NCBI GenBank assembly: GCA_963809895.1
Contig: CAWELD010000010.1
Span: forward strand, 96,001-160,000
Source: an uncultured Gemmatimonadales bacterium
GTDB lineage: Bacteria; Gemmatimonadota; Gemmatimonadetes; Longimicrobiales; Gaopeijiaceae
DNA length: 64,000 nucleotides
Direction of reading: 5' to 3'
Numbering within the stretch: position 1 is the stretch's first letter; each line of letters begins with the position of its first letter. A model generated the notes under the pieces. It had not been told where the DNA came from, did not search any database, and saw only the letters and a program-made list of their open reading frames with translations. This document shows, in pieces, positions 49,652 through 59,670 of the stretch. The position numbers were made by a program, and so were the translations under genes.

Positions 49652-50176
49652 TCAGGCGGTATGACGCCGGGCCATGAGGTTCACCGCGGCTCCTGCACCG
49701 GCCACGGCCAGCATTGCCCAGGCCAGCGAGCCGCTCCACACGGCGCCCAGTCCCAGCCAGGCATCCATGGAGAGTGGGCCGGGGCCCGTGAGACCCAGCA
49801 CCACCGCCGCCGTGCCGAACACGAGTGGCAGCTCGATGCCGTTGGAGGTGGCGAAGAGCCCGTTCTTCAGGTGCACGCTGACGGCCGCCACGATCATGAC
49901 GGCGAGCATGAGCGCCGGGCCCACCGGCCCGAAGAGTCCGAGGGCGACCAGTAGGCCGCTCAGGGTCTCGGTGGCCGCGGCCACCGTGGCGAAGAGCTTC
50001 CCGGGCCGGAAGCCCAGGCTCTCGAAGAAGCCCGCGGTGCCGGCCAGACCGTGTCCGCCGAACCAGCCGAACAATTTCTGGCTCCCGTGGGCGGCCATGA
50101 GGAGGCCGAACACGAGGCGAGCGATGAGCAGGCCCACGCTCAGCGTGGTGACTCCGGAATAGCTGATGGTGTTCAT
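49652..50176 (-). CDS. DoxX family membrane protein
   Basis: HGSQKLFGWFGG, VHLKNG and GIELP...GPG. Confidence 0.92.
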   Translation of the reverse strand: MNTISYSGVTTLSVGLLIARLVFGLLMAAHGSQKLFGWFGGHGLAGTAGFFESLGFRPGKLFATVAAATETLSGLLVALGLFGPVGPALMLAVMIVAAVSVHLKNGLFATSNGIELPLVFGTAAVVLGLTGPGPLSMDAWLGLGAVWSGSLAWAMLAVAGAGAAVNLMARRHTA

Positions 50177-50212
50177 GATATGCTCCCTGTTGGTATGAAC
50201 GTGGCGACTGTC

Positions 50213-50226
50213 AGTGTTGTAACATC
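50213..50226. promoter_or_regulatory. Putative MarR operator upstream of doxX
   Basis: AGTGTT-GT-AACATC has the same TGTT-N2-AACA core as the site upstream of marR. Confidence 0.6.
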
Positions 50227-50321
50227 TATTGCTGCAAGAAAAATACGGTCCTGCTGCTGGCCGGGGCGGAGCCGGTCATCTTCCGCGGCCGAATCGCTCG
50301 GCGCCAGGCCGCCGAACCCCC

Positions 50322-50789
50322 TCATCCGCCTGCTCGAATCGCCGCGAGGCTGGCGGACAGCTGCGCCAGCGCCGCCGCGTCGAGGCAACCCACCGTGTCC
50401 ACCTCGTGCTGGTGTAGATCCGGCGTGGCTTCCTCAAGGAGCGCCAGTCCCCGCTCCGTGATGCGCGCCGTGACGTGGCGGCGGTCCTTGCGGTCCCGCT
50501 GCCGGCGGATGAGCTCCATGGCCTCCAGCCGCTCCAGGAGTCGGGGCACGTCCGGCACCTTCGCCACCATGCGCTCACCCACCTCCCGGCCGCACAGGCC
50601 GCTGTCGCCGGACCCGCGCAGGATGCGAAGCACGTTGTACTGCGTCGGCGTCAGCCCGTGGGGCTTGAGCGCCTCGGCAAGGCGGTGCTCGATGACCGCG
50701 GCCGTGCGGAGGATGCCCAGCAGGGCCTCCGCGGCGGGGCTCGTGAAGGGCCTCGTCTGCTTGATCTCGTCCTGAAGCGTCTTGACCAT
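50322..50789 (-). CDS. MarR family transcriptional regulator
   Basis: LTPTQYNVLRILRG, PDVPRLLERLE and DRR...ITERG. Confidence 0.92.
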   Translation of the reverse strand: MVKTLQDEIKQTRPFTSPAAEALLGILRTAAVIEHRLAEALKPHGLTPTQYNVLRILRGSGDSGLCGREVGERMVAKVPDVPRLLERLEAMELIRRQRDRKDRRHVTARITERGLALLEEATPDLHQHEVDTVGCLDAAALAQLSASLAAIRAGG

Positions 50790-50795
50790 GGAAAC

Positions 50796-50824
50796 AAGTT
50801 AAATGTTAAAACATTCAATGTCAA
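50796..50824 (-). promoter_or_regulatory. Sigma70 promoter of marR (leaderless) with operator in the spacer
   Basis: Minus strand TTGACA-17 nt-TAACTT-6 nt-ATG; palindrome AATGTT-AA-AACATT at 50802-50815. Confidence 0.8.
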
Positions 50825-50875
50825 CACACATACCGCGACCCGGTCGGCGGGGCCCCAGCGAGGTGCCCCCTGTGC

Positions 50876-51658
50876 TCAGGGGCTGCGCCATCCCGCCTTG
50901 GTCCAGATGATGACGAGGCCGCAGATGGAATCCCCCCGCGCCGCCTGGTTGCGCAGCTCCTCGGGCACCTCGCCGAAATACCGGTAGATCTCCACCGCCA
51001 TGACGTCGCCGGGCAACAGCCCGTCGAGGGGATAGCTGCGCCAGGGATTTCCGCCGTCTCCCTGCACGGGCACGTTGTCCAGACGATAGCTGAAGCAACC
51101 CGATCCCAGGCTGGAGACGATTTCCGGAATCCCCCCTCGCCCGAAGTTCTTGCGACGAACGCCCGGCAGGTCGCGGAAGATCTCGGTGACGCCGTACTTG
51201 TCCTTGAGCGCTACGTCCACGGGATCCAGAAACAGGCCCTCGCCCCGCGCGCGCCGGCGCGAAAACTGGGCGATGCCCGAGCGGCTGTCGGCGGTGGCGA
51301 CGAGCGGGTCCAGCTCCAGCGCGGCGGGGGTCAGCCGCACCACCATGGGCGAGTCACCGGCGTCCGCGGGAGGCCCGCTCCACACTTCGTACCCGAGGGC
51401 GGTCACGCGCATTCTGGTTGCCGCTGGAGGCCTGGAGTCCAGCCTGGCCATGCCGTCCGTGCCCGAATACGCCGTGCCCAGCACCGAGCCGTCTTCTCCC
51501 AGGAGTTGCACCGCCGCCTGGGGCACCGGCAGACCCGACGTGTCGTCCAGTACGCGAACGTCGAGCTGGGCCGACACGGGCTCGGCGGCGGCGAGCGTCA
51601 GCGCCACCAGGAGGAGGGCGACGAGGTTCAGGCGGAGCGAGATCGGACGAGCGGGCAT
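50876..51658 (-). CDS. Secreted carboxypeptidase-regulatory-like + plug-like protein
   Basis: Signal peptide; VTALGY; DVMAVEIYR...VPEE...CGLVIIWT. Confidence 0.8.
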   Translation of the reverse strand: MPARPISLRLNLVALLLVALTLAAAEPVSAQLDVRVLDDTSGLPVPQAAVQLLGEDGSVLGTAYSGTDGMARLDSRPPAATRMRVTALGYEVWSGPPADAGDSPMVVRLTPAALELDPLVATADSRSGIAQFSRRRARGEGLFLDPVDVALKDKYGVTEIFRDLPGVRRKNFGRGGIPEIVSSLGSGCFSYRLDNVPVQGDGGNPWRSYPLDGLLPGDVMAVEIYRYFGEVPEELRNQAARGDSICGLVIIWTKAGWRSP

Positions 51659-51783
51659 GGTCTGTCATTGCTGGCGTGGCTCGCCCGGAATCGCAAGCGA
51701 GTCGTGGTTCTGAAACCCCGAAGGAGCCGCTCGCGTCATGATGTTGTACATTGAACAGGATACCTCTGGGGAGATGCGAGCGC

Positions 51784-54415
51784 GTGACCGACCACCATCG
51801 TGAAGCGGGACATGCCAGGGACGGGGCCCTGCCCCTTCCGGCCTTCCTGGCCGAAGCCATGTTGCGGCTGGCCTGGGGCGACGAAGCCGAGGCGGTCTCG
51901 GGCGATGTGGCCGAGGCGCTGGCGGCGCGCAGGCGCGGCGCCGGGTTCTGGACACGAGGCCCCGGCGCGTGGCTGTGGGGATGGGGGCAGGTGCTGGCGG
52001 CCGTAGTGCACGGACTCGCTGCGCGGCGGGCCGGCGGCCCGGGCTTTCGCCCCGGATTGGCCCTGCGTCTCGCCGTCCGGGGACTCCTCCGGGACCGCTC
52101 CACCTCGTTGACCGCCGTGGGCACCCTGGCGCTGGGCCTGGCGGCTCCCGCCACCTTCTTCAGCCTGCTGGTGGGCGCGATCCGCCCCCTGCCGGTGCCC
52201 CAGGGAGAGCGGGTCATGCGGGTCGAGGTCGTGCAGCCCGAGCGGGAGGGTCGCAGCCTCGCCGTCACGGCGGCGGACCTGAGGGCGTGGGCCGATGCCG
52301 GGACCCTGTCGGGGGTCGGGGGTTTTCGCGAGAAGGGTGCGACGCTGGTGGATCCGGGCGTGGCCGCCACCCGACTGGCCATGGCCGAGCTGACGCCTGG
52401 CGTCCTGCCGCTGCTGCGCGTGGCGCCGGTGCTGGGCCGGGTGCCCGACGCCGGCGAAGCCGAGGCCGCGTTGTTGCTCGGCCACGCGGTCTGGACCGAC
52501 GTGTTCGACGCCGACCCCGGCGTCATCGGACGGGTGGTGGAGATCGATGGGCGCCCTCGTACCGTGACCGGCGTGCTCCCGGAGGGATTCGGCTTCCCGC
52601 TGAAGCAGGACGCCTGGACGATCCTGCCCCTGGCGAGCGCCGGAGACGTCCCTCTGGAGCCGGTGTTGCGGCTGGCGGACGGCGCGTCGCCGGAGGCGGC
52701 GGCCGCGGAGCTCCAGGGGCGGTGGTCCCGGCGGGACGTGGAGCGCGACGCCGGCGCCACCGGAGGCGTGGTCGAGGTGGAGCGCTACACCTCGGGCCGG
52801 GGCGAGACCGGAGAGGCGGTGGCCTTCATCGGCCTGGTCCTGGTGGCGGTCTGCCTCCTCCTGATCGCGTGCGCCAACGTGGCCAACCTGCTCCTGGTGC
52901 GGGCCACCGAGCGGGTGCGGGTCCTGGGCGTGCAGGCGGCGCTGGGGGCCGGACGGATGCAGATCGGCGTCCAGCTCTTCCTGGAGGCGTTCCTGCTCGC
53001 CGTCGGTGGGGGAGCGGTGGGCCTGATGCTGGCGCGCTGGGCCGTGGGCTACGTTCAGCGGACCATGGGGCCGGCCAACTTCGGCTACTACTGGATGCGC
53101 ATGGCCGTCGACGGTTCGGTGGTGGCCTTCACACTGGCGCTGGTCACCCTGACGGCCCTGACCGCGGGACTGATCCCGGTGGTGCGCGTGCTCAGGACGG
53201 ATCTCCAGCGCACCCTCAAGGATCAGTCTGCATCGGGGTCCGTGGGCGGGGGTGGCCCCTGGAGCCGGGGGTTCGTCACCCTTCAGCTCGCCCTGTCGTG
53301 CGGGGCGCTGGTGGCGGCCGCGCTGACGGCCAGGACGATGGTCGTGGCCCGGGACTTCGGACGGGGCCTTCCGGGAGAGCAGACGCTGGTGGCGACCCTG
53401 GACGCGGGGCCGGTGGCCGGGGGTGCCCTGGACGTCACGGGGATTCTGAATGCGGTGGGCCGGGTGCCGGGTGTGCGCGACGTCGCCCTGGCGGTGGGCG
53501 CCCCTGGGGCCGGCGAGGCGTGGGGGCCCATGGAGGAGGAGGGGACCACCTACGCGCGCCCCGGCGACCGACCCACCGTGGCCTCCAACGCCGTGACCCC
53601 GGGATTCTTCGCGGCCATGGACCTGGAGGTGCTCGCGGGCCGGCCACTCACCGAGCGCCGACGATGCCGGCGCACCCGTGACGGCCGTGGTGAACCAGGC
53701 CTTCGTGCGCCGCTTCTCGCCGGACCGGGACGTCCTGGGCCGGCGCTTCCGCGTGCCGGCGTTGGACAGCGCCTGGGCCACGGTGGTGGGGGTGGTGGAA
53801 ACCGCGGACCTGGGCGCGGGCCCCGGGGCGCGGGAGGAGCGTATCTACCGGCCCTTCGCGCAGGTGGACGTGCCGGCGCCGACCCTGGTCGTGCGCGCCC
53901 AGGGCGACGACGGGGCGGCCCTGGCGCCGGCGGTGCGGCGGGCTGTGGCCGAGGTGGACGCCGGGCTTCCTCTCACCGGAGTGCGGACTTTGGCGGATCT
54001 GCTCCGCTTCATGACGCGGGCCCAGGCGACGCTGGGATTCCTGGGCGCTTCCGGGGGATTCGCCGGCCTGCTGGTGGCCGTCGTGGGGCTCTACGGCCTG
54101 CTGGCGTTCCGGGTGCGACAGCGGCGGCGGGAGCTGGGCGTGCGCATGGCGCTGGGGGCCGATGGCCCGGGCGTGGCGGTGGAGGTGCTGCGCTCGGCCT
54201 TCCGGCAGCTGGTGCCGGCCACGGTGGTGGGGCTGGCGCTGGCCTGGTTGGCGGCGCCGCTGCTCGCGGCGTTCACCCTGGGCGCCGATCCGCGGAATCC
54301 GGTCATGTACCTGGCCGTGGGTGGGGCCTTCCTGGCGCTGGGCGCCCTGGCGGCGCTGCCCGCGGCGCTGCGCGCGGCCCGCACCGATCCGGCCCGGGCG
54401 CTGCACGGGGAGTGA
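51784..54415 (+). CDS. Duplicated orphan ABC permease (ADOP-like), apparent frameshift near 53657; start uncertain
   Basis: LLIACANVANLLLVR; QRRRELGVRMALGA...PARALHGE in ORF 53678..54415. Confidence 0.85.
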
Positions 54416-54419
54416 CGGC

Positions 54420-54746
54420 ATGGCAACCGACGACTATCTGGGCGAGTTCGAGCACCTGGTGATGCTGGCCATCCTGCAGGTGGGGGAGGGCGCCTACGGC
54501 GTGCCCATCCGCGAGGAGATCGAACGACGGGCCGGCCGCCCGGTCTCGTTCGGCGCGGTGTACGCCACGCTCCGGCGCCTGGAGCGCCGCGGCTACGTCG
54601 AGAGCCGGACCGGCGAGCCGGAGCCGGTGCCGGGCGGTAGGGCACGCAAGCTCGTGCGCCTCACCGAGGAGGGGTTGGACGTCCTGCAACGGAGCCGTTC
54701 CAGGCTGGCCTCCATGGCTCGGGGGCTGGGAGAGGTGCTCGGCTAG
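54420..54746 (+). CDS. PadR family transcriptional regulator
   Basis: YLGEFEHLVMLA...AYGVPIR...GAVYATLRRLE...GGRARK. Confidence 0.92.
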   Translation: MATDDYLGEFEHLVMLAILQVGEGAYGVPIREEIERRAGRPVSFGAVYATLRRLERRGYVESRTGEPEPVPGGRARKLVRLTEEGLDVLQRSRSRLASMARGLGEVLG

Positions 54747-54824
54747 CCGCCGTCCCGGTTGCACCCCGGTGCGGGATCGGCCCACGATGGACGGGCCGAG
54801 AAGCCATCCCCTCCGGGAGGAACG

Positions 54825-55972
54825 ATGGACGCTGGAACCACCCTGGCCAACGTGAAGGAGATCGCCGACCGCTTCGCCGACCAACGGGGGGAGCGCCAGC
54901 GCCGAAGGTCCCTGGACCCGGACGACTTCGACGCGTTGCGAGAGGCCGGATATCTCATGACGGCGGTTCCCCGCGAGGAGGGTGGGCTCTGGGACGGCGT
55001 CGAGGGATCGGTGCGGATGCTGAGCGATCTGCTCCGGACGCTGGGGAGGGGCGATCCCTCGGTAGCGCTGGTGTCCTCCATGCATCCGGCCGTGACCTCG
55101 TTCTGGCTGGCCACTCCCGAGGTGCCCGAGGCCCACGCCGAGGCCTGGGCGCGGCAGCGCCGAGACGTGTGGGAGAGCGCGGCGGACGGCTGCTGGTGGG
55201 GCACCATCGTGTCGGAGCCGGGCAGCGGCGGCGACATCGCCAGGACGCGCTCCCGGGCCGCGCCGGCGACCGCCGCCGAGAACGGGGCGGGCTACCGCCT
55301 GACGGGGCAGAAGCACTTCGGCAGCGGCTCGGGTATCTCGTCGTTCATGATGACCACCGCCGTGCCGGACGACGAGGAGCCGGACCTCTTCTTCATGGAC
55401 GTGCGCGACGTGCCCTGGGACGGCTCGCGGGGAATCGAGCTCCTGGCCGAGTGGGACGGCCACGGAATGGCCGCCACCCAGAGTCACGCCATGGCTTTCG
55501 AGGATTACCCGGTCACGCGCTCGGCATGGCCCGGCCATCTCGAGGATCTGGCGGCCGCCACCGGTGGGCTCATCCCCTGTCTGTTCACCTCGGTCATCGC
55601 CGGGGTGGTCGACTCGGCCTACGCCGAGGCCGCGGCGCGCGTGGACAAGCGCCGGGCCGGCGTTCCGGGCCTTCGAGCAGGTGGAGTGGGCGCGCGTCGA
55701 GATGGAGGTCTGGACCGTCGCGCAGGCGCTGGAGGGTGCGCGTGCGGGCGCTGGAGAGCGGCGCCGCCGATGCTCCGCGCCAGGCGCTCCTGGCCAAGAC
55801 GGTGGTGGCCGAGCACGCCGAATCGGCGCTACGGCGCATCTGCAAGGTGGTGGGCGGCAGCAGCTTCTCGCGCCACTCGCCCTACGGCTACTGGTTCCAG
55901 GACGTGCGGGCGCTGGGCTTCCTGCGGCCGCCGTGGGGACTGGCGTTCGAGACGCTGTTCGAGCCGAGCTGA
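54825..55972 (+). CDS. Acyl-CoA dehydrogenase-fold flavoprotein (possibly monooxygenase-type), apparent frameshifts near 55660 and 55740
   Basis: VPREEGG, SEPG, LTGQKHFGSG and WDGHGMAATQSH; C-terminal VVGGSSF...QDVRA. Confidence 0.82.
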
Positions 55973-56015
55973 CGGTCGCCGCCCGAGCGGCCCGAAGGGG
56001 CAGGGCCTCCGCAGC

Positions 56016-57281
56016 TCACCCCGGACGGTGCAGCCGATACCGCACCACCGAGGGCACGTCGAAGTCGTCCAGCGCCACGCCCCACACCGCGTCGGCGCCG
56101 ACGGCCTCGAGGCGCACGCCCGCGGGCAGGTCCACGCGGCCCAGGAACGTGCCGTCGGCTTCGAAGATCCACGCCCGGTCGGGTGGCGCATCGCCGGGCG
56201 CCCAGGAAAGAACCCACACACGCCCCACGGGGTCGATGCGCAGCCCGGAGAAGGCCGGCAGCGTCGGGGGGTGGGGCGCGGCCAGGCGGGACTCGACCCG
56301 GCGGCGGGCCTCGGGCGTGTCGTCAGCGTCGGCGATCAGGGCACGCCGGGTGGCCTCCAGGTCGGCGTCGGTGAAGGGCCGCTCGAGCCCCGGGACCCGG
56401 ACGATGCGTGCGAGGCGGCCCCGGCCGTCGTACCACCGCAGCTCGAACCGGTCCGACACGGCCAGCCAGGCCCCGCCGGGGGCGGCGGCATCGTAGGCGT
56501 AGCGAGACCAGGGCGAGGGCATCGCCTCCACCGCCACCATCCCCTCGCCGGCATGTACCTGGACCAGGGCCTCCATGTCGGGCACGGGCCCCGGCAGTGT
56601 CGGGCCGGCGGAGCCGTCGGGGGTGGCGAAGCGGAAGTCGGCCGAGTCCCGGCGGAAGACCCCGTCGTCTCCTTCTCCCGGCATGCTCTCCCTGCCGGGC
56701 AAGTGGAAGATGCGGGCCAGGAGTCCCCCGTCGCGGGCCGAGGTGAACCGGAAGGGGCGTTCGTCCCAGTCCAGCGTCACCGTGCGGCCCGCGCCCCCGT
56801 CGGGGCCCACGAACGTCAGGCGGTCGGCCCGGCTGTCGTGGACCATGGTCGAGTCCCCCCGGTAGCGCCCCACGCTGCCGATGCGTGCGAATTCTCCCGG
56901 ACCCTCGCCCAGGCCGCCGGCGGTCCACAGATGGACCCCCGAGGCGTCGAAAGCGCGCAGCTCCTGACTCTGGCCCTCCGCCACGATCACCCCGCCCGCG
57001 GCCCGGGGCACCAGGCCCTGAACGGCACCGAACCGCGTGGGCTCGGGTCCGTCGAGGGTGCCGACGCGCAGGTCGGCGACGGAATCCAGCAGAGCCCAGA
57101 CCGGCGCCGGGGCCTCGACCGCGACCGTCACGATCTCGACACCGGCGCTGTCGACGCGATCGGCTTCCCGAGGCGCACGGTCGTCGGACGAGGGGGCGCC
57201 GCAGGCGACGACGAGGAGCGCGGTGACGAGCGAGGCGAGGCGGCGGATCACCGGTCGACCGAGGGAGCGTGCAGTCTGCAT
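56016..57281 (-). CDS. Six-bladed beta-propeller lipoprotein
   Basis: Lipobox VVAC; GGLGEGPGEF; IFEADGTFLG; DDFDVPSV. Confidence 0.8.
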   Translation of the reverse strand: MQTARSLGRPVIRRLASLVTALLVVACGAPSSDDRAPREADRVDSAGVEIVTVAVEAPAPVWALLDSVADLRVGTLDGPEPTRFGAVQGLVPRAAGGVIVAEGQSQELRAFDASGVHLWTAGGLGEGPGEFARIGSVGRYRGDSTMVHDSRADRLTFVGPDGGAGRTVTLDWDERPFRFTSARDGGLLARIFHLPGRESMPGEGDDGVFRRDSADFRFATPDGSAGPTLPGPVPDMEALVQVHAGEGMVAVEAMPSPWSRYAYDAAAPGGAWLAVSDRFELRWYDGRGRLARIVRVPGLERPFTDADLEATRRALIADADDTPEARRRVESRLAAPHPPTLPAFSGLRIDPVGRVWVLSWAPGDAPPDRAWIFEADGTFLGRVDLPAGVRLEAVGADAVWGVALDDFDVPSVVRYRLHRPG

Positions 57282-57288
57282 GGCGTCC

Positions 57289-59670
57289 CTACCCCCAGAT
57301 CAGCACGATCTCTTCGACCCGGATGTCGTTCTTCTCCAGCCCCACCGGGAGCTCTTCGATAGCGTCGGCGGCGTCGGCGGCTTCGCGCACGATCTTCTCC
57401 AGGTCCTCGCCGAGCTGATCTTCGAGCTCCTGCACGTCCTCCATCTCGTCCCGGAGCCGGCCTTCGGCGCTGGAGAGGCGTTCCTCGGTGCGGCGCGTGG
57501 TGGAGCGGCGCGAGGCGATACGCGACAGGCTGGTGGCCCGCCGCCGTCCGCCCAGGAACATGCCCAGGAGCTGGCCGGCGCCGGCCACCACCTCCTGCTG
57601 GCGACGCGAGGAGACGTCCACCTCGAGCTCGTGCACGCGGCGCTCGGCGCGGGCGACCTGGTCGCGCTGCGTGTCGAGCTTCTTCTCGTACCGCTCCCGC
57701 AGCTTCGCGGCCTCCTGGTCGGCCCGGTCGCTGCCGGCGGCGCGGCAGCGTTCGCGGAAGTCGTCCGGCGACTCGCCGAGGCGCGACACCAGTCCGAGCT
57801 CGGGATTCCGGAGCAGGGTGAGGGTGCGATTCCGGTAGAGGTAGTCCACCAGCGCGCGCTCGGCGTCGCGGAAGAAGGACGCCGTGTCCACCGGCGCCTC
57901 GGGAAGCACGTAGCGGGCGCCCTCGGGCGGATCCTCCACCAGGTCGCGGTCGTCGTAGTCAACCGCCCGCGCGTCTTCGGGCCGGAAGGTACCGTCCAAT
58001 GGATACGCCACCGCCTCCCAGATCTCCTCGTGGCGGAGGTCCGCCTTGGCCTCGTCGAAGAGAAGGTGGATGCGGGCCGCCAGCCCGGCGCGCAGGCGCG
58101 GCCGCTCCCTCCCGAGCCCGAGCTCCGCGGCCCACGGCGCCGCCGGGTCCACGTAGCGCACGGGGGTCCCTTGCGGCGACCTGCGGCGGGACCGGGCTCT
58201 CGTCGTCGGCCAGCGTCGGGGGGCATCGGCGGGCGCCGCCTGGACGGGAGCCGGCGCGGGCTCTGCCGGCGAGCCGCCTGCTGCGCCCACCACCTCCGGC
58301 GGCAGCTTGTCCAGCTCGGCGCGGGTGATGGGGCCACGCAGGTAGGCCATGGCCCACCGGGTCGTGAACAGGGTGGGATCGGCCGATCGGGTCTGCTTCA
58401 TGAGGAAGCGGCGCTTGCCCAGCCCACCGATGCGGGCGTCCCAGGCCGACACGTCGACGCTGCCGTCGGCGGCCCGCAGCGCCTCGAGCACCCGGGCCTT
58501 GTCCCGCTCCGTCTGGAGGCGGCCCACCATCCAGGTGCCCGCGTTGGACATGAGCTTGTAGTCCATGTCCACCGGGTTCTGCGTCGACACCACCACGCCG
58601 AGCCCGTGGGCCCGGGCCTGCTTGAAGAGCGTGAGGAGCGGCTTCTTGGACGGCGGTTGGGCGGTGGGCGGCGCGAAGCCGAACAGCTCGTCGATGTAGA
58701 CCAGAGCCCGCAGGTCCGAGGTGCCGGGCTGGCTCCGCATCCACGACACCGCCCGGCTCAGCAGCAGCGTGACCACGAACATGCGCTCGCTCTCGGACAG
58801 GTGGGCCAGCTGCACCACGCTGGCCCGGGGCCGGCCGTCGGGGGACCGGAGCAGCACGTCCATGTCCAGGGGATCACCCGCTCGCCACGCGGCGAACGAC
58901 GGCGATGCCACCAAGCCGTTCAGGCGGAGCGCCAGCTTCATGCGCTCCGCCGGCGGCAGGAAGGCGTCCACCTCGAAGACCCCGAGCTTGCGGAAGGGCG
59001 GCGACTGGACGCCGGCGATGAGGTCCTCCAGCGACAGGTCCTCGCCCTGGCGCCAGGCGTGCTCCACCAGGTTGGCCAGGAGGATGTGCTCCGGCGTGGT
59101 CAGCGGGTCCGACTCCATGCCGGCCAGCGTCAGGAGTCCCGACACCAGGCCCTCGGCGGCGTCGCGTCGGGTCTCCTCGTCGGCGCCCGCAGGCGCCCGC
59201 AGAGAACCCACCAGATTCAGGGGCGCGCCGGCGGTGGAGCCCGGGGTGTAGACCCGGAGCGACATGCCCTCCTTCAGGCGCCGGACGTCCTCGCCGCCCA
59301 GCCCCCATCCCTCGAGCCCGTTGCGCCAGGTCTCGGCGGTTCGGCTCGCGAGATCGTCCTCGGTGAGTCCTTCACGGCGCGCCTCGGCGGGATCGATCCA
59401 GGGCCGGAACTCCGGGGCCGACAGCTCCGGAAAGAGGAGCGCCAGGTTCGCCAGGTCGCCCTTGGGATCGATGAGCAACGCCGGACGTCCGGACGCCAGG
59501 ATCTCCTCCAGGAGGACGATACCCAGCCCCGTCTTGCCGGAGCCGGTCATCCCCACGATGACGCCGTGGGTGGTGAGGTCTTCGCTGGGCAGCCGGACGG
59601 CCTCGTCGGTGCGCTCGCCGGTGTCGGGATCCAGGCGACCGCCCAGATGCAGTCCTGCGGGTGAGGTCAT
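57289..59670 (-). CDS. HerA/FtsK-superfamily P-loop ATPase with C-terminal coiled coil
   Basis: THGVIVGMTGSGKT, IDPKGD, YIDELFG and STQNPVD; charged helical tail. Confidence 0.85.
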   Translation of the reverse strand: MTSPAGLHLGGRLDPDTGERTDEAVRLPSEDLTTHGVIVGMTGSGKTGLGIVLLEEILASGRPALLIDPKGDLANLALLFPELSAPEFRPWIDPAEARREGLTEDDLASRTAETWRNGLEGWGLGGEDVRRLKEGMSLRVYTPGSTAGAPLNLVGSLRAPAGADEETRRDAAEGLVSGLLTLAGMESDPLTTPEHILLANLVEHAWRQGEDLSLEDLIAGVQSPPFRKLGVFEVDAFLPPAERMKLALRLNGLVASPSFAAWRAGDPLDMDVLLRSPDGRPRASVVQLAHLSESERMFVVTLLLSRAVSWMRSQPGTSDLRALVYIDELFGFAPPTAQPPSKKPLLTLFKQARAHGLGVVVSTQNPVDMDYKLMSNAGTWMVGRLQTERDKARVLEALRAADGSVDVSAWDARIGGLGKRRFLMKQTRSADPTLFTTRWAMAYLRGPITRAELDKLPPEVVGAAGGSPAEPAPAPVQAAPADAPRRWPTTRARSRRRSPQGTPVRYVDPAAPWAAELGLGRERPRLRAGLAARIHLLFDEAKADLRHEEIWEAVAYPLDGTFRPEDARAVDYDDRDLVEDPPEGARYVLPEAPVDTASFFRDAERALVDYLYRNRTLTLLRNPELGLVSRLGESPDDFRERCRAAGSDRADQEAAKLRERYEKKLDTQRDQVARAERRVHELEVDVSSRRQQEVVAGAGQLLGMFLGGRRRATSLSRIASRRSTTRRTEERLSSAEGRLRDEMEDVQELEDQLGEDLEKIVREAADAADAIEELPVGLEKNDIRVEEIVLIWG

